From positions 12,766,716-12,830,715 of the forward strand of contig CP154954.1 in NCBI GenBank assembly GCA_039621445.1: a DNA stretch of 64,000 nucleotides, given 5' to 3'. The notes under the pieces were generated by a model. The model was given only the letters and a program-made list of their open reading frames with translations, made no database searches and was not told where the DNA came from. A program made the translations under genes and the position numbers. This DNA comes from Euglena gracilis. Its lineage: Eukaryota. Below, in pieces: positions 51,475-63,237 of the stretch. The first letter of the stretch is position 1, and each line of letters begins with the position of its first letter.

Positions 51475-51710
51475 GGTCTTGTTGCGCCAGGATCGCCGCC
51501 CCCAGCTGCGTTGCATCCACTGCAGGTGGTCCTGCCAGCTCCACTGCCCCTCGTTGCGGCGGTGGCGGGACGGCTGGGGGTCGTGCTTGTCGTAGGGCTC
51601 GGCGATGGGGAGGGCACGGTCATCACGGGAGTGGGACGGCCTGGGGGGCCTTCGGGAAGAGGGTTGCCCGGGAGGGCGCTCGGGGGGAGGCCTGGGGTGC
51701 GAGAAACCTC
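45929..51710 (-). mobile_element. PLE family A unit A3, most intact copy
   Basis: Complete domain series; the ~0.3-kb terminal module is duplicated (about 45966-46262 and 46288-46590); extreme 5' end slightly deleted or noisy. Confidence 0.93.
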
Positions 51711-52119
51711 GCGGCCTCGCACGGTTGCACGCCCACCTCCCACCGGTGCGGCCCGAAACTGAGGGCCGAGATACCAAGCTCGTCAGGCGTGGGTGGCAAC
51801 TACCTGCGCTGTCGCCGCCTCCCCGCGTCCGGCTGGTCGTTGTTCTCCTGCTGCCATGCCCGCCTAGCCAAGCTGCCCTTCACGCCGTCTGCCGCTACGA
51901 TGGCCTCGCAGGTGATCCCCAACGGGTTGGGATGAGAGGGGATCGGAGGGGGGCCGGCCTGCCCTCCCTCTCTCCTTCTCTCATCTACCCTCTCTCTCCT
52001 CTTCTCCTCTCACTCCGTCCTCTCTCATCTCTCTCATCTCTCCTCTCCTCCTCTCTCTTAACTTCTCTTCTCTCTCTCTCTCTCTCTCTCTCTCCCTGAC
52101 TCGCTCTCATTCGCTCTCC

Positions 52120-54600
52120 TCCTCTTGATTGTATGGACGGGTATTCCGGTTGCGGGTGGGGTGGGATAGAGGGGATGGGGAGGGAGGTGGGGGGGCGCCG
52201 CAGAGGGGGGAGGCCTCGCACGGGTTGCACGCCCACCTCCAGCCGGTGCGGCCCGAACTGGAGGGCCGGAGATACCAGCTCCGGCAGGCCGGGGGTGGCA
52301 CACCTGCGATGTCGCCGCCTCCGCGTCCGTGCTGGTTGTCATCTCCTGCTGCCGCCGCTGCCGCCGCCGTCCGCCGCGACGATGGCCTCGCAGGGGATCC
52401 CACGGGTTGGGATGAGAGGGGATCGGAGGGGGGCCGGCCCTTGCCTCCCTCCCTCTCTCTCTCTCTCCCCTCCGCGATGGTCTCGATCTGGTTGGGGGCT
52501 CCGACTCCCCCCGAAAGTGGCGTTGAGCTTGACATTTTTCTTCCAGCTTCTTCAGCTCCGCGCTCAAGGCGGAGATGGTGTCCGCCATTCTCTTGATCTC
52601 CTTGTGCAGGGCAGCCCCTCGCCTGCTCTGCACCGGAGTCGCCTTCTTTTCTTCTGCCTCTTGCTTCATCGCGGGGTTGGTTGCCCTGCGCACTCCCAGG
52701 GCGAGAGGGTCTTGTAGATCTCATGGCGCTTGAACTTTGTGATTCCCCAGGGCGGTGCCCACGGGTCGATTCCCTGTTGGGTCGCCAAGGGGCTTGGGGC
52801 CGGGTCAAATCCCGCTTCGCTTGCTCCCCTGCGGACGGGGTTGGTGGGGCACAGGCACCACGCTGCCTGCCACCCGCCCGGACTTGGCTCGGTCTCGCTC
52901 CGGGGACGTGTCTCCCGGAGGGTTGGTGGCCCTGGTGGGGGCCGTGGGGGTGGCGCCTTGGACCGGGGTGATCGGCCTCCCCGATCCTGGCACCTTCATG
53001 CCAGTCATGCGTCTGGCGCTCGAGGTCCGCGGGGCGCTCGACGTTCTGGGCTGCTGCGGCTTCTTGCCATTCTTGGATGATGCTCCGCCGCTGGGGGCCG
53101 CACGAGGCCCAGACCTGGTTCTGCAGGTCCGGGTCCCATGATTTGTACATGGCTTGTCCTCGTCCAGCTTGTCGTGGGTCCTTCAGCACCGCCTTCCACT
53201 CCTCGTACTTGGCTCGCCACTCGGCAGGCCACTCACTCAACGAAGTGAACTTCCTCTTGTTCGTGGGGCCTTGGGAAGAGGTGTCGTCGTCGGTGGTGTC
53301 GCTGGGTGGCGGCGGGGGAGCGGCGAGGAGGGGGCGGTTGGGGGCCTCGATGGCGGGAATGGGGAGACCTTGGAGGAGGGCCAAGGAAGACGAGGAGGAG
53401 GAGGGGCCGATGGTGAGTGCGTTGAGATGCACATTCTGCACGATGGAGGGGGCTTGTGGCGCGGAGGGAGGGAAGTAGATGGGGATGGGTACCCGGACCT
53501 CCACGGGGACGGGGACGGGCATGGGGACCCGGACCTCCACGGGGACTTGCACGGGGACCGGGACCACCCGCTCGATGACCCGATCCACGAAGACGGGCTC
53601 CCGCACGGGAACGGGGACCTGTCTCTCGACGATGACGACCCGCTCCTGGAGGACCTCACGAGGACCTGGGCGGGTGGGTGGGGGCATGGGGTTGGGGAGG
53701 CGGAGTGCGGGTTGGAGAGAGGGGGGCCTTGGGAGGCTGTGGGGACCGTTGGGGCGCTGGGGGATTGGGAGGCGGTGCTTGGCTGCGCTGCAACCCCCTC
53801 GAGGGCGTCCGTCTCCGTCTCCATGGCTGTGGGCTGGCAACTCTCCCAAGGCTCCCTGGGGGCGGGATCCTTGGCGGCGTCACCCCCGGTTCACCGCCCA
53901 GCGTAAACCCCGCTCCGGTGTGGGCCGGCCTGGTGCTGCGGCTGTTTGGGGCCAGCAGGCCCCGAGAGGAGCGTCCCGATCCGTCCACTGGCCAGGGCTC
54001 AGAGAGGGGGACGCCCCAGAGGTGAGGTGCGCCCAATCCGTGAGCAGCAAGGGCAAGGACCCGGAGGTGATGCCGCCAAGGATCCCGCCCCCGGCGAGCC
54101 CGGGCGAGCCTCTACCAATCAGTCAAGAGGAGGGGGACTCCCGGTCGATGATCATCACGCCCCCGTCGGAGGGCTGGGAGGCGGAGGGGGAAGGGGGCGG
54201 CGTCATCTCGGCCAGCAGGTCGTCGATGCCCCCGGGGAGGGGGGTGGGGTGGCCGAAGACAGAGAGAAAATCGGCCTGGGAGGGGGCATGGGCCTCATCG
54301 AGGGGGAGGGCTGTGGTGGGGGCTGGAGTGGAGCCACTTCCACACCTTGGAAAACCAGGTGCGGAGCTCACGGACGCGGATGTCGGTGGCGTGCCAGCGC
54401 TGGAAGAGGAAGCGGCTCCACACCGACTGCACCAGCCGACGGGAGTACCCCCGCCAGATGGCGTTGCGGAAGACGTTGGCCACGGACTGCTTGAAATCCC
54501 CCATGTGGCTGCAGGCCATCCGGGCGAACTCCAGGCGGCACATGATGACCCCGCCCAGCTGCTCGGTGGGGGCGGTGGTGGTGGCTAGGGGGTAGCGAAC
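52120..54600 (-). mobile_element. PLE family A unit A2, 5'-truncated, with deletions and an internal inversion (53953-54138)
   Basis: Begins at RYPLATTT next to (CT)n at 54603-54635. Contains thumb, VPV, Trp-rich domain and 2A-like motif (52959-53009). Ends in a noisy CT tract. Confidence 0.9.
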
Positions 54601-55233
54601 AACTCTCTCTCACTTTCTCTCTCTCTCTCTCTCTTCTGAATCGGTGTTGCTGGGGGAACTCCTTGGGGGGAACTCCTTGCCGACCCGAGAGTGTGTGCTT
54701 GTGGGGGAAGTGTGTTGTCAGTCGGTGTGGACGCGTGTGTTGTCAGTCTGTGTTGCGGTTTCGCCCCAGGCTGGCAGGTGGGGCATCGTCAGGGGTGACG
54801 ACCCTGCCAACCCTCGTCCCCGACCGCTCTTGTCTGTGTGGTGCAGACCGTTACAAACGAGCTCTGCGTCACCCTCCCGGGGGTGGGGGAGGGGGGGGGC
54901 TGAAAAAAAACCGGCCCCAAAAACAAGGCAGCGCGGGACGGAAAAATGATCCACTACCTACGGGGCACCCTCCGGGACAGCACCCTTTGGGGAGGGCGAG
55001 ACAAGGCCCTTTCGGTGTGGAAAGAGGCAAAAATTGCCGAAAAATACGGACGGCACCCGAAGGCTCGGGGCGCGAGTACCCAAATTAAGCCGCCGGTCCT
55101 GGGGTCGCAGCACCAACCCCTGGGGGAGGGGGTGGCCTGAGCCGCCGGTTGCTCAGCAGAACTGCCGCGGGTTTAGCCCACAAAATGGGGCGCTGGGGGC
55201 GAGGCATGGGGGTGCGAAACAACCGCGCCATGC

Positions 55234-55236
<3 letters not shown>

Positions 55237-55316
<80 letters not shown>
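55237..55316. repeat. (CT)n microsatellite at the 3' end of unit A1
   Basis: ~40 ct units continuous with the element end ...ccaatcaagaagagag (minus strand). Confidence 0.95.
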
Positions 55317-55320
<4 letters not shown>

Positions 55321-58300
55321 TGATTGGTATGGACGGGGTATTCTGGGTGTGGGTGGGGGTGGGGATGGGAGGGGATGGGGAGGGAGGTGGGGGGGCGCTG
55401 CAGAGGGGGGAGGCCTCGCACGGGTTGCACGCCCACCTCCAGCCGGTGCTGCCCGAACTGGAGGGCCGGAGATACCAGCTCCGGCCGGCCGGGGGTGGCA
55501 CACCTGCGATGTCGCCGCCTCCGCGTCCGTGCTGGTCGTCGTCTCCTGCTGCCGCCGCTGCCGCCGCCGTCCGCCGCGACGATGGCCTCGCAGGGGATCC
55601 CACGGGTTGGGATGAGAGGGGATCGGAGGGGGGCCGGCCCTTGCCTCCCTCTCTCTCTCTCTCTCTCCTCTCCGCGATGGTCTCGATGTGGTTGGGGGCT
55701 CCGACTCCCCCCGAAAGTGGCGTTGAGCTTGGCATTTTTCTTGTAGCTTCTTCAGCTCCTTGCTGAGGGCGGAGATGCTGTCCGCCATCCTTTTGATCTC
55801 CTTGTGCAGTGCCGCCCCTCGCCGGCTCTGCACCGGCGTCCATGCGACACCTTCGTCTCTTCGGTCTCTTTCTTCTCCTCGGGGTGGGTTGCCCTGCGCA
55901 CTCCCAGGGCGAGAGGGTCTAGAAAGTCTCATGGCTGCTGAAGAAAAAGAATCCCCAGGGCGGCGCCCACGGGCCGCTTCCCTGTTGGGTCGCCAAGGGG
56001 CTTGGGGCCGGGGCAAATCCCGCTTCGCTTGCTCCCCTGCGGACGGGGTTGGCGGGGCACAGGCACCACGCTGCCTGCCACCCGCCCGGACTTGGCTCGG
56101 TCTCGCTCCGGGGACGTGGCTCCCGGAGGGTTGGTGGCCCTGGTGGGGGCCGTGGGGGTGGCGCCTTGGACCGGGGTGATCGGCCTCCCCGATCCTGGCA
56201 CCTTCATGCCAGTCATGCGTCTGGCGCTCGAGGTCCGCGGGGCGCTCGACGTTCTGGGCTGCTGCGGCTTCTTGCCATTCTTGGATGATGCTCCGCCGCT
56301 GGGGGCCGCACGAGGCCCAGACCTGGTTCTGCAGGTCCGGGTCCCATGATTCGTACATGGCTTGTCCTCGTCCTGCTTCTCGTGGATCCTTCAGCACCGC
56401 CTTCCACTCCTCGTACTTGGCTCGCCACTCGGCAGGCCACTCACTCAATGAAGTGAACTTCCTCTTCTTCGTGGGGCCTTGGGAAGAGGTGTCGTCGTCG
56501 GTGGTGTCGCTGGGTGGCGGCGGGGGAGCGGTGAGGAGGGGGCGGTTGGGGGCCTCGATGGCGGGAATGGGGAGACCTTGGAGGAGGGCCAAGGAAGACG
56601 AGGAGGAGGAGGGGCCGATGGTGAGTGCGTTGAGATGCACATTCTGCACGATGGAGGGGGCTTGTGGCGCGGAGGGAGGGAGGTAGATGGGGATGGGTAC
56701 CCGAACCTCCACGGGGACGGGGACGGGCATGGGGACCCGGACCTCCACGGGGACTTGCACGGGGACCGGGACGACCCGCTCGATGACCCGATCCACGAAG
56801 ACGGGCTCCCGCACGGGAACGGGGACCTGCCTCTCGACGATGACGACCCGCTCCTGGAGGACCTCACGGGTGGGTGGGGGGAGGCATGGGGTTGGGGAGG
56901 CGGAGTCCGGGTTGGAGAGAGGGGGGGCTTGGGAGGCTCTGGGGCCGTTGGGGCGCTGGGGGATTGGGAGGCGGTGCTTGGCTGCGCTGCAACCCCCTCG
57001 AGGGCGTCCGTCTCCGTCTCCATGGCCGTGGGCTGGCAACTCTCAGGCCCGCCCGGGCTCCCCGGGGGCGGGATCCTTGGCGGCGTCACCCCCGGTTCAC
57101 CGCCCAGCGTAAACCCCGCTCCGGTGTGGGCCAGCCTGTCGCTTGGGGCGTCCCCCCTCGGTTCTGAGGGCGAGTCTGGCAGCACGATCACGGACCCGCC
57201 CGGGCTCCCTGGGGCTGAGATCCTTGGCGGCGTCACCCCCAGTTCACAGCCCGACGTAAACCCCGTCACGGTGTGGGCCAGTCCGTGGCTCGGGGCGTCC
57301 CCCTCGCTGTCCTCAGGCCCGCCCGGGCTCCCCGGGGGCGGGATCCTTGGCGGCGTCACCCCCGGTTCACTGCCCGGCGTAAACCCCGCCCCGGTGTGGG
57401 CCGGCCTGGTGCTGCGGCTGTTTGGGGCGTCCCCCTCCTCTTGACTGATTGGTAGAGGCTCGCCCGGGCTCGCCGGGGGCGGGATCCTTGGCGGCATCAC
57501 CCCCGGGTCCTTGCCCTTGCTGCTCACGGATTGGGCGCACCTCACCTCTGGGGCGTCCCCCTCTCTGAGCCCTGGCCAGTGGACGGATCGGGACGCTCCT
57601 CTCGGGGCCTGCTGCTTGCCGTGGCGCACGTGGGCCTCCCGGTCGATGATCATCACGCCCCCGTCGGAGGGCTGGGAGGCGGAGGGGGAAGGGGGCGGCG
57701 TCATCTCGGCCAGCAGGTCGTCGATGCCCCCGGGGAGGGGGGTGGGGTGGCCGAAGACAGAGAGAAAATCGGCCTGGGAGGGGGCATGGGCCTCATCGAG
57801 GGGGAGGGCTGTGGTGGGGGCTGGAGTGGAGCCACTTCCACACCTTGGAAAACCAGGTGCGGAGCTCACGGACGCGGATGTCGGTGGCGTGCCAGCGCTG
57901 GAAGAGGAAGCGGCTCCACACCGACTGCACCAGCCGACGGGAGTACCCCCGCCAGATGGCGTTGCGGAAGACGTTGGCCACGGACTGCTTGAAATCCCCC
58001 ATGTGGCTGCAGGCCATCCGGGCGAACTCCAGGCGGCCCATGATGACCCCGCCCAGCTGCTCGGTGGGGGCGGTGGTGGTGGCCAGGGGGTAGCGGACGA
58101 TGTGGTGGGGGTACTCCTCCTCCCGGTTGTGGACGGTGGTGTGGACCACGCGGTCCCCGTTGGAATCGCATTGGATGTACACCCGGACGCCCAGGCACAC
58201 CACGGACTCGCCAGAGCCCGTGGTCTTGTACTCCATACCGTACTCGGCTGCCGAGGGGAGGGGCATGGTGGTGGGGTGGACGATGTCGTCGATGTATCGG

Positions 58301-60561
58301 GACACGGCGGAGGACCGGAGCTGGGGAGGGAGGGCGTACATGTGGTCGCGCTCCACGGGGTAGCAGGCCAGGTTGGCCAGCTGTGTGGCGGGGGGGAGGC
58401 CCATGGGCATGCCCCGGATCTGGCGCCGCCGATCCCCGCCGGTGGTGAGGGACGGTGGGGTGGCGGGGTCCACCCCAGCGGGGGTCTTGGTCTCCACACT
58501 GTCGATTCCCCAGAACGCCTTGATGCCCTCCTGCTGCTGCCGCCGCTCATCCTTTTCCCGGAGGGCAGCCTCGATGTGCTTTAGGAGCGACACCAAGGCC
58601 TTGCTCAGGGCGTAGAGGGGCTGCCGGGGGGGCTCCTTGGAGGCGGTGGGGGCGGAGGCGGGGGCGGACTCAGAGGCGGGGGCGGGGGACCCGGGGTCGG
58701 GGTCGTGGTTCTTGCGCATCCCGGCGATAAACCGGAACTTCTTCTTCGCCGGCTTCCATATGCCGTAGTTATACACGACGCCGGCGCCTGTGGGGAAGTG
58801 CAGCCGCTGGTTGACCTCTGATAGCCGGGCAACCACCTCCCTCCAGGTGTCGGTCACGTCCTCGAACACGGTGGAGTCCGCCAGGTAGGTGGCCATCTGC
58901 TTCTGGTACCACCGCTTGCAGACGAACATCAGGCCATGGGGGGCCCGGTCGTCGTGGAGGAAGACGAGGACCTGGTGGGCCTCCCGCATTTGCTGTGAAA
59001 GGCCGGGGAAGCCGGCGGACCAGCTCTTCTCTGACGGCCGAGCACCGCCAGTTGGTGGTGCAGCGGGCCTCCACGGCATCGGCCCACTCGCCCAGCTTCC
59101 GGAGGTAGGTGGCGTCGGTGGGGTTGCTGCGCGCCGCCCACTCGGTGTACTGGTTCAGCGCCCGGCGGAGGTCGTGGAGGACGGTGTCGGGGGGGCCCTC
59201 CAGCCGGAACTTCTTGCCCTTGGCCGCCAGGGTTTGCAGGTACGACCACCGCAGCAGCTCGGACTCGTTGCTCACCACGTGGCCCTCGTGGAAGGCCGCC
59301 GGCTCCTTCCGGCGGAGGGCCGTGTGACACTGGCAGCCCTCGAGGTCGTCGGCCTGCGCGGCGGCCACGTCCAGCTCGCTGGAGACCTGGGCGTAGTTGC
59401 ACAGCCACGCCTGCCACTGCGGGGCGAACTTGTCGCAGACCATGATGGCGGCGGCGACGTCCGGGTTGGGGTGGAGCTTGTAGACGGCCTCCTCCCGCAA
59501 CACCTTGCGCAGCTCCAGGTGGCGGGCGCCGTTGTTGGAGTAGGAGAACTTCAGGAACTGCCGCTCGGGGGCCTCCTTCCTCTTCGCCTTGATGAGCTCC
59601 ACCAGCTTGCACTCCAGCGAGAGGTGGCCGGAGCGCCGGTCGTCGTCCGGGACGTGCTGCTGCAGCCAGTCCAGGGTGGAACACAGCCGCGCCTTGCCCC
59701 AGGAGCGTGCCTCCGCCAGGGCGCTGGAGTCCCCTTGGTGGCAGCGGCGGAGCCACTTGGCTAAGTCAGGGCTGGGCGGAGGGTCGCCTTGGGATGTGGG
59801 GGCGGGGTCGGGGCTGGGGAGGGTGTGCTGGCGGCGGAGCGCCTTCCGGCTGACGGGGAAGCCGGGGTAGGCGGCGTTGAAGCCGTGGGGCCACATGGAG
59901 TTGAGGAGGCCCACCCACTTGCGCTCACGGGCGAGGGCATCCCGGCGGGCGAGGGCGCGGCGGTCAGCCCGGGGGAAGCTGTCGGGTGAGGGGAGCCTCT
60001 CGATGGGGATCATGAGGAAGGAGAAGGGGGTGGGGTCGTTGGCCAGGGCGTCGTGCAGGGCGTCGGCGCAGCGCCCTCGGCTCCACCAGTGCTCCTTGGT
60101 CCGCTTGTAGACCTTCCGCGTGGTCTGCCCGACGTAGAGCCGCCCCGTGGGGAAGTGGAAGAGGGCGTAAATCCAGCCGGGGGCATCCCACAGGGCGGCC
60201 ACGTTGCCGCAATCCACGGCGGCGTTGGCTGGGTCGGAAGAGCGGAGCTGCAGGACCTTACGCATGGTCTTGTTGCGCCAGGATTGCCGCCCCCAGCTGC
60301 GCTACATCCACTGAAGGTGGTCCTGCCAGCTCCACTGCCCCTCGTTGCGGCGGTGGCGGGACGGCTGGGGGTCATGCTTGTCGTAGGGCTCGGCGATGGG
60401 GAGGGCGCGGTCATCCCGGGAGTGGGACGGCCTGGGGGGCCTTCGGGAAGGGGGTTGCCCGGGAGGGCGCTCGGGGGGAGGCCTGGGGGTGCGAGAAACC
60501 TCACCAGGCAATTCTGAGTGGACCCCGGGGAAAGCTCCCCGAGCCGCAGGAACTGCGGAAA
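55317..60561 (-). mobile_element. PLE family A unit A1, full span, RT internally deleted
   Basis: ORFs 58769..60265, 57793..59079, 56445..58550 and 55153..57039. The ADFTTMY motif region is missing (GIDSVE|TKTPAG) and several frameshifts are present. Confidence 0.92.
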
Positions 60562-60589
60562 TCTCTCTTCTTGATTGGTACTTGCCGCT

Positions 60590-60850
60590 GTGGGTGTGTG
60601 GCGGTCCCCGTGCGTGCGTGCGTGCTGCGGGGGCGGCCTCCCCCCATGGTCTTCCGCACGCCTTTCACGCCACCCCCCGGACCCCGCTCCAGGGCCCCGG
60701 GGGCCCGGGGATGCCCACCCCGAAAGCCGGCGCGCCCCCCCAACCCCCCAGGGGCCCCGTGGCGTGTACACCTCGTTCTGGTAACCCGTCATGACTTCAA
60801 CGGCTGCAGTTAATTCCGTGCCCGCACGCGGGTTTCGGGATATCTCCGTG
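60590..60850 (-). repeat. Segment homologous to the family-B tail (27810-28050)
   Basis: gggtgtgtggcggtccccgtgcgtgcgtgcgtgctg...cctttcacgcca...gggcccggggatgcc...cctcgttctggta...ccgtgccc shared with 27810-28050. Confidence 0.8.
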
Positions 60851-60859
60851 CCGTGTCGT

Positions 60860-60927
60860 CGTCTCTCTCTCTTCTCCTCTCTCTCCCCTCTCTCTCTCTC
60901 TCACTCTCCTCTCCGCGATGGTCTCGA

Positions 60928-60979
<52 letters not shown>

Positions 60980-61720
60980 CCTCTCTCTCCCTCTCTCCTC
61001 TCTCTCCCCATCCCCTCCCTAGACAGGGGGCGGTGGGGGGATCGTGGTCGGGGGATGGGGGGTGGGGGGGGCCGTGGGGGGGTGGCGCGGGGGGAGCGAG
61101 CTGGGGGGATCGTAGCGGGGGGGTGGTGGGGGGGGAATCGGGGGGGGGGAGGGGGGGAGGGGGGAGATGGGGGGGGGGGGGGGACGGAGTGGGCGGGGGG
61201 CAGGGGGGCCGGGGGGTGGGGTGGGTGAAGGGGGAGGTGGGTGGGTGGGGGGAGTAGCCCTTATGGGTGTTATTCAATTCGTGTTGGGTGGTTGGGAGGT
61301 GGGGTTGGGGGGGTAGGGGGGGGTGGGGGGGGGGGCTCCTCGGGGGGGGAAATGGCAGTGGGGGTGCCCATGGAGTGCGTTCATGTCGGTGCGATGTTTC
61401 TTGTTTGTCTTGGTTTTTGTGGTTGTGGTTTTTCAATGTGTTTTGAGGGTTTGGGGGGGGTTTTTGTTTTCTCTCGCTTTTTTTGTTTTTTTTTTTCTGG
61501 TTTTCTCTGAATCGGTTTGTCTTTGTAATGGGGTTTGGTTTGAGAACTCAGTTTTTCTTTGTTTTCTTTTTATTTTCTAGCTTTTTTTTCTTTTTGTTTC
61601 TACTTTTTTTTTTTTTTTTTCTCTCTTTTTTTTTTTTATTTTATTTTGTTTTTTTTTTTGTTTTTTTTTTTTTTTAATCCTTTATTTTCAGTGTTTTTTT
61701 TTTTTTTTTAATTTTTTTTT
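60860..61720. other. Low-complexity, probably low-quality sequence (CT, poly-G, poly-T)
   Basis: Garbled echo of the PLE 3' module grading into G- and T-rich runs, typical of unpolished long-read sequence. Confidence 0.6.
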
Positions 61721-61737
61721 AAGCCAGGGCACCCTAC

Positions 61738-62232
61738 CAGGGGATTTCTTATAGTGGGGGGGGCGGGGGGCGGGAGTCCAGCCAGCCAGCCAGCTCAAAT
61801 TCCAGCCAGCAGCCCAAATTCGGCCCCCCCCCCCCGGGGGGTGAAATAAAGTCGGGTCCAGCCCGGCCAGAGGCCGGGCCAACCGGCCGAAGGCTGGGCC
61901 AGCCAGCCGCAGGCTGGCCAGCCAATTGGGCTGCCCAGGTCACCTATCCCTGCATTTTCCCCCCTCACCACAGCTTCCTCCATCACAGCCCCCCGGCCTT
62001 GATCTCTTGATCACTCCATCCACCAAAGTTTCGAAAATGGCATTTTTTTGAAAATTTTGTTTTTCACCAACCCAGCCCAGCCCAGCCCCCTCCAGCCCCG
62101 GACCTCCCCCTCCTCCCCCCCCACCCCTCACCCCCGGGGTGGGGGGTCCAGCCAGCCAGCTCAAATCCAGCCAGTGGCCTTTTTGCCAGCCGGAGGCTGG
62201 ACCCCCCCGGGGGGTGCTTAAGAAATCCCCTG
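61738..62232. mobile_element. hAT-like MITE related to 5439-5721
   Basis: TIRs caggggatttctta / taagaaatcccctg; internal ccagccagcc repeats; TSD imperfect. Confidence 0.7.
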
Positions 62233-63237
62233 ACCCCAGTGGCACTGTTCATTCATTCGTTTTGTTTGAGAAGTTGTAGTTGGTCTGTTTACAATTTTGG
62301 TGCCTTTAACCCAGCAGGATGGACAGCGAAGCGCCCTGCTCCTGATAGCCCGTCTCCCCATTCCCTCGGTGCCCATGCCACGCCTCTGCCAACCGCGACC
62401 CTTTGCTTTGTTCATGACCCCTATTCTTTCAACTGTCCCTGGTTTGATGCCAAGAAAATTCTTCAAAGTCTTTTCAGAGAAGCCTTGGAGTCACAATCCA
62501 GTTTTTCTGCTTTTCAAGTTGTATTTGCCGTCTTCCAGCATCCCCCCAACCAGCTGTTTCTTATTTGGGCTTGCTGGTTCCCCTGATTTTGAAACAGCCG
62601 GATAATCAGCGCCGGGTTCAGTAATGGCTGAGTGCATTTGACAAAATAACGAGAAACATGTTTTAATGTGGTCCACCCACCCACCACCCCCACACTCAAG
62701 AGAAGCTTGGCCAGCTCTCTTTTCATTTCTAACGTTTTCTTTTACGGCCAGTTGCACGGTCGTCAGCGCATTTCGTTCTTTATGTGTATGTCATAAATGT
62801 TATGCCGTTACGTACACCATTCCTTTGCCAGCTGTTTATCGTTCGTTCTTTGTAGTTTCGCTTATTTTTTTCTCAAATCAATTCGTTTGAAGTCAATGTA
62901 CTCAGTTTATTATTTTGAGGTTCGCTAAGAAACCAATTTGCTAAAATTTCGTCACGTTGATCCCAGGGACTGCGCCAATGGACCCCGTGCCATATGCTGA
63001 CGACACATCCCAGCATCTTCTCGGCCTGAGAATGGAACACGAAGTAAAAACCCTGTGATAAGAGGGTGGGAAAAAGAGAAATGGGGCAGGACAATAAAAA
63101 AAAATAAAAAAAGGGGATGGAACGAATCAGAAAACAAAAAAGAATGAGATGCAACCATCCGAACCAACACCCCCCCCCCCAACAACACACCACCACGCCC
63201 CACCCCCCACACACCCCCCCCCCCCCCCCCAATCGGG

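Noticed and set aside
40467-60561. Hammerhead ribozymes in the pseudo-LTRs
   Set aside because: No CUGANGA...GAAA core with supporting stems found by eye; a covariance-model scan would be needed to exclude variants.
21475-60794. Numerous long overlapping antisense and alternate-frame ORFs (e.g. 27027..28679, 32322..34514, 38072..40306)
   Set aside because: Shadow ORFs of GC-rich coding DNA, some chimeric across inversion junctions; no independent motifs beyond the parts assigned above.
60860-61720. G-rich/T-rich tract as telomere or novel repeat
   Set aside because: No regular unit; looks like degraded read sequence.
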